Below are positions 8,001 to 15,989 of a stretch of 38,520 bases of DNA, in pieces. The stretch lies in IMG/VR virus record IMGVR_UViG_3300022923_000035, positions 1-38,520 of that record; one strand, written 5' to 3'. A program made the translations under genes and the position numbers. The notes beneath the pieces were generated by a model. The model did not search any database and was not told where the DNA came from. It saw only the letters and a list, made by a program, of their open reading frames with translations. The first letter of the stretch is position 1. Each line of letters opens with the position of its first letter. Source of the stretch: a virus. Lineage: Duplodnaviria > Caudoviricetes.

Positions 8001-9934
8001 AAAATATTATTAGTACCCGCTATATTTGTATTTGGATTATCTTGTACTGTAATGTTAGTATTACTAGAGTTTACTGACCAGTCACATCCAGCAGCAGCCG
8101 CTAATACGATACCACCACAAGATGAACTATATGTTAAAACTTGACCGTCTGTTGAACCAAGACCAGGTATTCTTAATAGGTTATGGGTTACGTTACCTAA
8201 AGTAATTTCATTACTTGCCGTAGAAGTTGAAGGTGCAGTATAATGACCAATTAATATATTATTACTACCTGTAGATACTGTGGGTAATGCACAAGCGGCA
8301 CCTGCATAAGATCCTAAAAGTACATTGCAAGAACCTATTGTTAGACTATTACCAGCTGCTCTTCCTACAGCAGTGTTTTTGGAACCAGTTGTATTAAGTA
8401 ATCCAGCAAATCCACCAATAAATGTGTTATGACTAGCTGTTCTTGTACACGAACCAGCAAGGTGACCAACAAGAGTATTGTTATAACCACCAATGCATGT
8501 ATTTGGACTATCTTGTACTGTAATATTAGTATAACTACTGTTTACTGACCAGTCACATCCACCAGCAGCAGCAGCCGCTAATACGATACCACCACAAGAT
8601 GAACTATATGTTAAAACTTGACCGTCTGTTGAACCTAAACCTGGAATTCTTAATAGATTATGTGTTGTGTTACCAATTGTGATTTCGTTGGAAGCAGTAG
8701 TAGTAGATAATTGAGCGTTAAATCCAATGGCAATGTTATTAGTTCCATTAAGAGCTTCACAACCAGCTTGTGCCCCAAGCATAACGTTACATGCAGCACC
8801 ATCTTCTAAACTTTGTCCTGCTCTAGCTCCTATTCCGACATTTGCCTGAGAAGCATTATTCAGCATTGCTGCAAAACCAATTGCAACGTTACATGCACCA
8901 CTAACGGATCTTCCAGCAAAATAACCAATATTTACACTACAAGCTGCATTAGTTCCACACCATCCAGCATATGCACCAAGAGAAACAACTCCGCTACCTG
9001 TAGTTTTACAACCAGCATTTTTACCTATAGATATATTGTTTAGACCTACTGAGTTATATCTACCAGCATTTTCTCCTAAAGCTATGTTATTTACACCTGT
9101 ACTATTAACACAACCAGAGTTTTGTCCTAGAAATAAGTTGTTTGTACCTGTTCCACCATTACCACCTAGTGTATCGGATACAATGTTACTACAGTTACAT
9201 ATATTAACAGCACCACTAGAAATCGTTGTGCTTCCACCTAATGCAACAGCAGAACCATTAATTGTAATTGAACAATTTGTTAAACTAGAGTTTGCAATAT
9301 TTGAAATAGTGTTTGATGATGCGTTAATAGTTTTGTTTGTTAATTCTTGTGAACCTGTTAATGTTGCAACATTAATACCACTTACAGTAAGAGATGTTGG
9401 TGCTTCTATATTTGCAACTAATGTTCCAGTAGAGATGGATAAGTTACCTGTGTCAGAAGCTGTTGCTGTAGTTGTACCTACAACAAATTTGTCAGCCGAT
9501 TCGTCCCAAGCAATAATAGCATTATCACCAGTAGATCCTCTTTCTATGATAATACCAGAATCGTTTGCATTTGTTGATGCACCTGAATTTAATTCTAATA
9601 AATTGTCGTCTAAAGTTGTATTGGTAGAATTGACAGTTGTTGTTGTTCCATTAACTGTTAAGTTTCCTGATACAGTTAAATTATCGTCAACTGTTACTGT
9701 TCCACCTGCTGAGTCGATTGTAAGATTACCAGAAGACGTATCAATTTCATTATCTCCTGTTACTGCGACTTGAATATTTCCTGTTGTTTTACCTACTACA
9801 GTTCCACCTGCTGTGCTTCCATCATGTACTCTTACTGTGTTAAGAGTTGTATCTACTGTAAGTTCACCGACCGAACCTGTATAGGCGTCATTTTCAGCGG
9901 TACTTCCTCTTCTTAATTGTAATATTGTTGGCAT
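5003..9934 (-). CDS. Long tail fibre, 1643 aa, with six YadA-head-like repeat modules
   Basis: Mtd_N-like start (LQLRRG...GELTVDT...VHDG); many NxxIGxxAG ~14-aa repeats; five copies of a ~40-aa linker; C-terminal NIYTGDLNLSNE...WTIQEG...GKKYKF domain; GAGG SD. Confidence 0.9.
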   Translation of the reverse strand: MPTILQLRRGSTAENDAYTGSVGELTVDTTLNTVRVHDGSTAGGTVVGKTTGNIQVAVTGDNEIDTSSGNLTIDSAGGTVTVDDNLTVSGNLTVNGTTTTVNSTNTTLDDNLLELNSGASTNANDSGIIIERGSTGDNAIIAWDESADKFVVGTTTATASDTGNLSISTGTLVANIEAPTSLTVSGINVATLTGSQELTNKTINASSNTISNIANSSLTNCSITINGSAVALGGSTTISSGAVNICNCSNIVSDTLGGNGGTGTNNLFLGQNSGCVNSTGVNNIALGENAGRYNSVGLNNISIGKNAGCKTTGSGVVSLGAYAGWCGTNAACSVNIGYFAGRSVSGACNVAIGFAAMLNNASQANVGIGARAGQSLEDGAACNVMLGAQAGCEALNGTNNIAIGFNAQLSTTTASNEITIGNTTHNLLRIPGLGSTDGQVLTYSSSCGGIVLAAAAAGGCDWSVNSSYTNITVQDSPNTCIGGYNNTLVGHLAGSCTRTASHNTFIGGFAGLLNTTGSKNTAVGRAAGNSLTIGSCNVLLGSYAGAACALPTVSTGSNNILIGHYTAPSTSTASNEITLGNVTHNLLRIPGLGSTDGQVLTYSSSCGGIVLAAAAGCDWSVNSSNTNITVQDNPNTNIAGTNNILVGSYAGKSGTITGNGNVLIGNSAGYCASTGCFNVSMGDNAGDGISTGSCNISIGGFANYSCAGGTLGGGTNNIVIGHCALPTNATASNEITLGNVTHNLLRIPGLGSTDGQVLTYSSACGGIVLAAAGGGGCDYTPTSSTTNIVISETQNTTMTGTDNTVIGDAAGQCITSAARNTFVGADSGCLITNGSNNVGVGWLSLKDVVYGGQNTAIGTEAMSQAGAGVSKNTAVGTDSGFFNGDCNTSIGTYAATGSGSMGIYAGITGTNNIVIGYDAQPSSGTVSNEITLGNATHNLLRIPGLGSTDGQVLTYSSSCGGIVLAAASGGGGCDYTPTSSTTNIVISETQNTTMTGLNNTVIGDAAGNSLTTGCDNVASGSQSGYSLTTGAMNTLHGACAGRSLSSHKGNTVMGWKAYCLGAGQYNTILGWRAACGASGTNNSNVIVGDETWQSSAGSGNVIVGSVAAKLGSGNCNVVIGRAAGYGDTGYCNVAVGTSANNNGCFHVNIGKNAGFGADSATTNNISIGHYAAPSNNTASNQITLGNATHTLLRIPGLGSTDGQVLTYSSSCGGIVLAAASGGSAAVNICNSNNVVTDSIGGDGGSGTHNVLIGLNTGSQCTLTASAQSNIAIGRSALKTIHTGNQNIAIGDYNMNSVTSGKYNISLGAFAGGCLTVGCCNIGIGNSSLSYVGNNVTSIGNIGIGSQAGKWTSTSQYNIAIGHKSAYGAYASNFGVTGNITMGYNSGNSKSSNNITIGQCAGYANNSGMTGSNNIGIGTSVFSASGMTISAYSNTAIGGYAMNTINTGGKNTAVGANSMSCITSGDGNVAVGNYSLHDNQGGSDNVALGRFAMSSFTTPTNLQKNVAIGSQAACTFNDAQCHVVLGYGAGRTTTTATNNIIIGAYASASTATASNEITLGNTTHTIVRTAGSIVPFTTNTQDLGASGNVWANIYTGDLNLSNEDGTGNSIDGTKGNWTIQEGANDLFLINNKSGKKYKFNIEEV
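6279..8685. repeat. Five near-identical 115-bp linker repeats at 6279-6393, 7035-7149, 7620-7734, 8094-8208 and 8571-8685
   Basis: Core gcagccgctaatacgataccaccacaagatgaactatatgttaaaacttg...cctggaattcttaat, encoding ITLGNxTHNLLRIPGLGSTDGQVLTYSSSCGGIVLAAA. Confidence 0.95.
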
Positions 9935-9955
9935 TCTCTACCTCTCTAATTTAAC

Positions 9956-9991
9956 GAATAACTTAGTATTATTTATAATAGAAAGTTATTC
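9956..9991 (-). promoter_or_regulatory. Late promoter TATAAATA (9970-9977) inside a 36-bp imperfect palindrome
   Basis: gaataactt-ag-tattat-tt-ataata-ga-aagttattc. Confidence 0.7.
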
Positions 9992-10008
9992 AATGCTCTT
10001 TAATTTTT

Positions 10009-10239
10009 CTATAAACTACCTAAATCCATTGTCAATATATGACCTAAATTATTATTATCAAAGGTGTCTATACTTAATACATTACCAAATGCGTCTGTTG
10101 GAGAAGATGAAGGTGCTGATTCCCCACCGCCTAAATCGAAACTATCTAATAAACCAGACAATTTATCAGTGTCAGACAAATAGTGTAATCTATTTGATTG
10201 TGTGTATATTGTTCCTAATGTGTTTCCTATATAAGCCAT
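10009..10239 (-). CDS. Small virion/fibre connector-like protein
   Basis: 76 aa; MAYIGN start; AGGA SD; DLG motifs (FDLGG, C-terminal MDLGSL). Confidence 0.55.
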   Translation of the reverse strand: MAYIGNTLGTIYTQSNRLHYLSDTDKLSGLLDSFDLGGGESAPSSSPTDAFGNVLSIDTFDNNNLGHILTMDLGSL

Positions 10240-10248
10240 TTTTTATTC

Positions 10249-10581
10249 CTACGTTGAAATATCATCCACTGTACTTACTAATACGTCAACTGAATTTGAA
10301 GTATCAGATTTAACTTTAAGTACGTCTCCACTTTTAACTACATACTTTGCCCCACCGTCTATTAATTGTAAAGTTGAACCTGTATTAATAGGTGCATTTT
10401 TAATTAAATACACATCAGTAGAAGTATCTACATCAACAACATAAACATCTACAAAAACTTGTGAACCTGTTGTATTTGACAAAGATATGCCAATAATAGT
10501 ATCATAACTATCAGCTGTAAAAAGTGTTGAAGCTGTTGTTCCAACATTTCTTGCAACATATCTTCTAAAATTTTGTGCCAT
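10249..10581 (-). CDS. Small beta-rich virion protein
   Basis: 110 aa, MAQNFRRY...YLIKNAPI...GAKYVVKSGDVLKV; lies in the tail locus directly behind a late promoter. Confidence 0.6.
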   Translation of the reverse strand: MAQNFRRYVARNVGTTASTLFTADSYDTIIGISLSNTTGSQVFVDVYVVDVDTSTDVYLIKNAPINTGSTLQLIDGGAKYVVKSGDVLKVKSDTSNSVDVLVSTVDDIST

Positions 10582-10586
10582 AATAC

Positions 10587-10594
10587 TATTTATA
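10587..10594 (-). promoter_or_regulatory. T4-type late promoter, 5 nt before ATG
   Basis: TATAAATA-GTATT-ATG. Confidence 0.7.
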
Positions 10595-11315
10595 GTGCTA
10601 TTGCCATTGCAATAGCAAATCCTTTCGATGCTTTATCATCTAATTGTGTTTGAATATTAGATGTCACTCCATCTAAATATTGAAATTCTGTATTTGAAAC
10701 TGATCCATCAGCAACTACACTTGCATCCACAGTTGATAATTCAAAACCACCTGTTATAGAATTGTAAGCCAATACTTGTTTATCTGTTGAACCAAGACCA
10801 GGTATTCTAAATAAGTTTATATTATTATCACCTAGTGTAATTTCATTTGTTGCTGAACCGTTACTTGGTTGAGCATTATATCCTAAAAGAATATTATTTG
10901 TTCCCGTTGTAATATTACAACCTGCATTGTGACCAATTGCTAAATTACAAGAACCAGTTGCTGTTTTTAATGCCTCATTACCAATAGCAATATTAGAAGT
11001 ACCAGTTGTTACATTTTCTAATGCACGAGCACCAATACCAATATTAGAACCTGTAGTGGCAGAATTTAAAGTATAATAACCAATAGCAATTGTACATGAA
11101 CCTGTAAGATTCGTTATTGCTTGATCTGAAATGACAATGTTTGTAGAAGATGGCGACCAGTCGCAGCCTGACGAAGCACCACCAATCTCTTTGATAGTAC
11201 CAGCATCATTGATATACAGCTTTTGTGCTGATGTATCAACAGCTACCTCTCCACTTACGATATTACTCGTAGTTGGAGTGGTAGTACCTCGTTTTAACTT
11301 TATAACGGTCGCCAT
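10590..11315 (-). CDS. Short tail fibre protein with one YadA-like module
   Basis: IKLKRG...GEVAVDT N-terminus; GCDW module start; NEITLG...FRIPGLGSTD linker; EFQYLDGVTSNIQTQLD; AIAMAIAL end. Confidence 0.8.
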   Translation of the reverse strand: MATVIKLKRGTTTPTTSNIVSGEVAVDTSAQKLYINDAGTIKEIGGASSGCDWSPSSTNIVISDQAITNLTGSCTIAIGYYTLNSATTGSNIGIGARALENVTTGTSNIAIGNEALKTATGSCNLAIGHNAGCNITTGTNNILLGYNAQPSNGSATNEITLGDNNINLFRIPGLGSTDKQVLAYNSITGGFELSTVDASVVADGSVSNTEFQYLDGVTSNIQTQLDDKASKGFAIAMAIAL

Positions 11316-11336
11316 AACTATTTTTTATGACGACTA

Positions 11337-14300
11337 TTAATAAGTTCCGCCGTCTAAATCTCCGTACTCAACATTTGTACCATTTGACTGAAGGATTTTA
11401 CCATCAACACCTAATGCTAATTTAGCAAGTGAGTTTGCACCATCTGAATATAAAATATCACCAGTAGTGTATGATGTTTGACCAGTACCTCCATATACTT
11501 CACCAATTGCATCACCATTCCAAGTACCAGTTGCGATAGTACCTAATGTTGTAATTGATGTTTGACCAACATATGTAGCAGCAATATCAATACTGTTAGC
11601 ATTTGCAGTAATTCTATTTGTTGTTCCTACAACATTTAGAGTATTACCAGATTTAGTCATACCATCACCAGCAGTGATTTGGCCAAGACCAGAGAACTGT
11701 ACAAAAGTTACATCATTTGTACCAACTGTTCCAACAGCCTCACCTAATACCCAACCAGTGTCAGCATATGTAGAACCATGTGTTACCCATACAAAGTCAC
11801 CACCAGCCATTTCTGTAGGTGTATCAAAGTCTGTTGCTCTAGTTAATACTGTTGTTGAAGTCAGTACATAGATACCATTGTGAGCAGCCGTTGATTCACC
11901 AGCAATGATAATTCTATCACCTGTAGTAATATCTGTATCACCATCTAAATCACCACCTGCAATATCTAAAGCAGTTGATAATGTTAATGTTGCACCAACT
12001 CCAGAACTACCGTTACTATAAGTTACAGTATTTCCTGTGATTGTAGCAAGAGGAGTATCAATGTAAGCATGTACTTGTTCATGGACATGTAATCCTTCTG
12101 CAACAGCATCAACATATGATTTAGTAGCAGCATCTGAGTCTGCTGTCGGTTCAGCAAGATTTGTTATTCTTGCACTTGATACATCTACTGTACCAGTACC
12201 GTCAGGATTAATAGTGATGTCACCATTTGTGTTTGTAGAAGAAATTGTGTTACCATTGATATTTAAATTATCAATTTGAGCTTCTGTAACAGCAGAGCCA
12301 GTACCAATTGTTCCACCATCAAATGAACCACCATTAATGTCTGGACTTGTTAATACTTTATTTGTTAAAGTTTGTGTATCTGATAATGTTGCAACAACTG
12401 TATTATCAATTCCTACAGTTAATGTGTTACCAGAACCAGATGTATCAATACCAGTTCCTCCAGCGATTGTAAGTGTTTCACTGTCTAAATCAATAGATAA
12501 TGCACCACCTGAATCACCTTGAAAGTCTAAGTCTTGTGCTGTAACTGAATTGTCAACATAATCTTTAACAGCAGCTGAAGTAGGAATAGTTGTATCATTA
12601 TCGTTTGAACTAATACCTTCTCCTTCAGTTACAATAGCAGACGCTTTAAAGTTATCTACTTCAATATTAGATACAGTTGTATTATCAGCATCAACATCAC
12701 CTTCAACAAAACCAGAACCATTGTGAACTAATAATTTACCTGATGTAGTACTAATACCAGGTATTCTTAATAGATTATGTGTTGTGTTACCTAAAGTAAT
12801 TTCGTTAGAAGCACCTTGACTTGAAGGAGCTGCAGAGTAACCAATTACTATATTATTGTTACCTGTAGTTGTTCCGCCAAGAAAACCAGCATTTGCAAAT
12901 CTACCAAGGTTTAAGTTACATGAACCAGTTGATATGTAATTACCAGAGTTAGCACCTATTGAAGTGTTATCATTTCCAGATGTAATAGCATTTAACGCAT
13001 TTGAACCTACACCTGTATTTGCTTGTCCAGAACTTATTGATGTCATTGCATAACCACCAATAGCAGTGTTTGAATATGCACTTATTGACATTCCAGAAGA
13101 ACAGAAAACCTGTGTACCAATACCAATGTTATTGTTACCAGACATACCTGAACCGTTGGCAAATCCTGCAAACTGACCTATCGTAATGTTATTATTGTTT
13201 TTAGAATTACCTGATTCCCGACCCATTGTGATGTTACCACAGAAGCCAGTACCACTAACATACGTGCTGTAAGCAGATTTATGTCCTATAGCAATGTTAT
13301 AATTTGATGTAGATGTAAATTTACCTGCAGAATTACCAATAACTACGTTACCTTTGGACGTTACATTTTGTCCTAAATAACTAGCAGAGTATGTACCAAC
13401 AGTTACGTTGTCTAATCCAGCAGTAGCACATGTAAAGGAAGCATTACCCATAGTAATGTTTCGACATCCAGTAGTTACTTTTCCAGCAAATTGTCCTACG
13501 CCAATATTAGCACCACCTGTTGTAATATATCTACCTGTATTAGTTCCAAGTAAAGTATTCCAAGAACCGGTTGTTAAAGAACATCCAGCATTATTACCAA
13601 CAACAACATTTTCAGTACCTGTCATTGTAGTGTTTTGAGAATCGTTAATTACAATGTTTGTATTACTTGAAGTTGGTGTCCAATCACAAGCAGCTACTCC
13701 ACTAATTTCTGTATCAACATAGTCCTTTACAGCCGCTGATGTGGGGAGAGTGGTGTCATTATCGTTAGAACCAATTCCTTCTGATTCTATAACGATAGCT
13801 GAACCAGCAAAATCAGCAACCTCTACGTTAGATAAAGAGTTACCTGTGCCGTTTGCGTCAAAAGTTTTATTTGTAAATGTGTGTGTTGATGATGCTGTAG
13901 CAACTGTACTATCAATAGCATAAGAAACTTCATTGTTAGAAACGGTTGTGTCAATACCTGTACCACCAGTAAACGTTAAAGTTTGACCTGTAGTAAATGT
14001 ATCGGTAGTTGAACCATCAGAAATTGTAAATGAACCTGACGGAACAGCAGCAAATGACATGTTACCAGAACCATCAATAGTCAAAAACTGACCACTTGAA
14101 TATGTGCTTGGTAAAGTATAAGTTACATTTGATGATAAACTGTTTGGCGATTTAAGTGCTATGTATCCAGCACCATTGTTAGTTGCTTGATTTAACTTAA
14201 TTGAACCACCTGTAGTTGCGTTGTTACCAACGTAAAGATCATCAATTGCATTATTTGAATCTGTTATGATTGAAGAACTTGCTGTAAGAGTACCTGGTGT

Positions 14301-14510
14301 GTGATCTAACAATTGTGTATAGTATCTACCACCAATTTCTATTGCAGCGTTTGAAGTTGAAGTTGGGTCACCAATGAATAATCTATATCCATTACCGCCC
14401 GCACCAGCATTAGTTGCCGAAGTATCGTAAACGTAAGCTAGCTCTCCTTGATTAAGACCACTTGGTGCCGTAGCGCCTGTGGTTCTTTTAATTTTTATTA
14501 TTGTTGCCAT
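11337..14510 (-). CDS. Tail fibre protein, 1057 aa
   Basis: IKIKR...GELAY N-terminus; one YadA-like module; ITNLAEPTADSDAATKSYVD neck motif; NGIYV...LTRATDFD domain; ends DLDGGTY. Confidence 0.85.
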   Translation of the reverse strand: MATIIKIKRTTGATAPSGLNQGELAYVYDTSATNAGAGGNGYRLFIGDPTSTSNAAIEIGGRYYTQLLDHTPGTLTASSSIITDSNNAIDDLYVGNNATTGGSIKLNQATNNGAGYIALKSPNSLSSNVTYTLPSTYSSGQFLTIDGSGNMSFAAVPSGSFTISDGSTTDTFTTGQTLTFTGGTGIDTTVSNNEVSYAIDSTVATASSTHTFTNKTFDANGTGNSLSNVEVADFAGSAIVIESEGIGSNDNDTTLPTSAAVKDYVDTEISGVAACDWTPTSSNTNIVINDSQNTTMTGTENVVVGNNAGCSLTTGSWNTLLGTNTGRYITTGGANIGVGQFAGKVTTGCRNITMGNASFTCATAGLDNVTVGTYSASYLGQNVTSKGNVVIGNSAGKFTSTSNYNIAIGHKSAYSTYVSGTGFCGNITMGRESGNSKNNNNITIGQFAGFANGSGMSGNNNIGIGTQVFCSSGMSISAYSNTAIGGYAMTSISSGQANTGVGSNALNAITSGNDNTSIGANSGNYISTGSCNLNLGRFANAGFLGGTTTGNNNIVIGYSAAPSSQGASNEITLGNTTHNLLRIPGISTTSGKLLVHNGSGFVEGDVDADNTTVSNIEVDNFKASAIVTEGEGISSNDNDTTIPTSAAVKDYVDNSVTAQDLDFQGDSGGALSIDLDSETLTIAGGTGIDTSGSGNTLTVGIDNTVVATLSDTQTLTNKVLTSPDINGGSFDGGTIGTGSAVTEAQIDNLNINGNTISSTNTNGDITINPDGTGTVDVSSARITNLAEPTADSDAATKSYVDAVAEGLHVHEQVHAYIDTPLATITGNTVTYSNGSSGVGATLTLSTALDIAGGDLDGDTDITTGDRIIIAGESTAAHNGIYVLTSTTVLTRATDFDTPTEMAGGDFVWVTHGSTYADTGWVLGEAVGTVGTNDVTFVQFSGLGQITAGDGMTKSGNTLNVVGTTNRITANANSIDIAATYVGQTSITTLGTIATGTWNGDAIGEVYGGTGQTSYTTGDILYSDGANSLAKLALGVDGKILQSNGTNVEYGDLDGGTY

Positions 14511-14522
14511 TTATCTCTCCCT

Positions 14523-14753
14523 TTAAAATGTGCCACCGTTAAGAATTAAGTTTCCACTTTCAGTTAGTATATCATTTCGACTTGTCCATTTTTTAGAACT
14601 GTTATCATATTGTAATAATGCACCATCATTTAATGTTGATACATTTACATCAGCCAAACTATTTAATCTAGTTGAAGCTGATGGTACCGTAACAGATACC
14701 CGTTTAGGGCCTGCTGAGGTAGTTGTATTAATTTTAGCAGTGATATTTGCCAT
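14523..14753 (-). CDS. Small fibre-associated protein
   Basis: LNSLADVN...DGALLQYDNSSKKW fibre-type motif; ends LNGGTF. Confidence 0.65.
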   Translation of the reverse strand: MANITAKINTTTSAGPKRVSVTVPSASTRLNSLADVNVSTLNDGALLQYDNSSKKWTSRNDILTESGNLILNGGTF

Positions 14754-14804
14754 TATTGCCTTTAAAAATTATAATTTTCTAATATTTATAATAGTTAGGC
14801 AATA
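14754..14804 (-). promoter_or_regulatory. Late promoter (14783-14790) flanked by an 8-bp inverted repeat covering the RBS
   Basis: mRNA sense TATTGCCT...TATAAATA...AGGCAATA-ATG. Confidence 0.55.
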
Positions 14805-14812
14805 TACAATAA

Positions 14813-15064
14813 CTATTTTACAACATTTTCCTTAGTATCACCACTTTTTATTTCTTCAGCAATTATACCGTCATAGTGTTTTTGTAAAACACCAGTTTTT
14901 TCTAATTCAACAGAAAGTCTTAATCTAGTATTTTGCAAATCTTGTCTTATTGCAATACTATTTAAACACTTTTGTGACAATTCACTTCTTTTATAGTCTT
15001 TGCCATCAATATTAAAAGTTTGCTCTTGTGTAGAAGTTTGTGTTGTATTCGTTTCAGAACTCAT
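14813..15064 (-). CDS. Hypothetical coiled-coil protein (possible fibre chaperone)
   Basis: 83 aa, IDGKDYKRSELS followed by a helical region; AGGG SD. Confidence 0.55.
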   Translation of the reverse strand: MSSETNTTQTSTQEQTFNIDGKDYKRSELSQKCLNSIAIRQDLQNTRLRLSVELEKTGVLQKHYDGIIAEEIKSGDTKENVVK

Positions 15065-15089
15065 AATTTTTCCCTTTATATATTATAAT

Positions 15090-15422
15090 TTAAACATTTG
15101 GTCTTATAGTCATTATTCCTTCAATAACTCTAGTGACCGTACTATCTGACGCAGTTATATCAACGTCATAAACATATCGTGCTGGTGCATCTAAAGCTGC
15201 TGTTTGATCAGCAGTTAAAGATAATCCAACAACACCTGTTGTTGGTTCATTGATTGTAGTTGTAATAGTGGTTCTTGTTCTTGTTGAACTGTAGCCAAGT
15301 GCCATCTTTGCAGACGCAGTATATCCAGTTAAGTCTAATGCGTTACCATCCGAGTCTTTAACTGTTATTGATGAGCTAAAGGTTGCACCTTGTTCTACTA
15401 TTAAGTTTGCTATCGCTGCCAT
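15090..15422 (-). CDS. Baseplate/fibre attachment protein (BppU-N-like Ig fold)
   Basis: NLIVEQGATF...DLTGYTA...LSLTADQT...RYVYDV...RVIEG pattern of T4-like phage structural adaptors. Confidence 0.7.
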   Translation of the reverse strand: MAAIANLIVEQGATFSSSITVKDSDGNALDLTGYTASAKMALGYSSTRTRTTITTTINEPTTGVVGLSLTADQTAALDAPARYVYDVDITASDSTVTRVIEGIMTIRPNV

Positions 15423-15427
15423 AGTAC

Positions 15428-15435
15428 TATTTATA
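15428..15435 (-). promoter_or_regulatory. T4-type late promoter, 5 nt before ATG
   Basis: TATAAATA-GTACT-ATG. Confidence 0.75.
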
Positions 15436-15437
15436 CT

Positions 15438-15989
15438 TTATTTATGTGTAAATGGAATATCATAATCTTTATTGTAAACTAAAATTTGATGACAATTAAA
15501 GGCACTTCCATTACACACCCAATATCTTTTATCTGAAACTGTTAAATTTTTATCGTATTTTTTGTTGAATGTATTTACCCAATAGTTCAAAAATCTTTTA
15601 TTTTTTTGCCGACTTAAAAAATAAAATAAATATTTTAGATTACTATTTAAATATTCCAATTGATCATTGAGTAATATATGAGCTATATTATAACCTTCAC
15701 CTCTATGAGTTTTAGTTCCACCAACATCTCTATAACTATCTAATACATAATATCTGTTTAAAAGACGATAAACACCTTTTTTCCAAATTGGTTTATTTAC
15801 AATACTTGAAATTACTTTAACTTCACCGTTATCAATTCCTACTGTTAAAGCAGATTGATCTTCAATTTTAAAATCCAACCAATTCTTCCATAAGTAATCA
15901 GTTTTTCTTTCTACTATATAATTTAAAAAGTGTTTATATTCTTCTATATATTTAAAATTATCAGGTTTATCAGTATAACTCTTTAACAT
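15438..15989 (-). CDS. Putative GNAT-fold acyltransferase
   Basis: RLLNRYYVLDSYR resembles GNAT motif A; start moved to MLKSY (15989) to avoid a long overlap. Confidence 0.45.
   Translation of the reverse strand: MLKSYTDKPDNFKYIEEYKHFLNYIVERKTDYLWKNWLDFKIEDQSALTVGIDNGEVKVISSIVNKPIWKKGVYRLLNRYYVLDSYRDVGGTKTHRGEGYNIAHILLNDQLEYLNSNLKYLFYFLSRQKNKRFLNYWVNTFNKKYDKNLTVSDKRYWVCNGSAFNCHQILVYNKDYDIPFTHK

Noticed and set aside
6279-8685. CRISPR-like array
   Set aside because: Repeats are 115 bp, protein-coding and in frame, separated by several hundred bp; no cas genes
5003-9300. Genetic-code reassignment explaining the Cys excess
   Set aside because: Cys codons occupy expected catalytic positions elsewhere (radical SAM CxxxCxxC) and genes are intact in the standard code
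9036-9773. 245-aa plus-strand ORF and other short antisense ORFs (e.g. 2400, 4105, 5019, 11674, 33811)
   Set aside because: Shadows of minus-strand genes with biased codon use; no RBS or recognisable motifs
4134-9934. Diversity-generating retroelement (Mtd_N-like heads, repeat pairs)
   Set aside because: No reverse transcriptase in the window; the repeats encode conserved leaders and linkers rather than C-terminal variable regions, and mismatches are not adenine-specific
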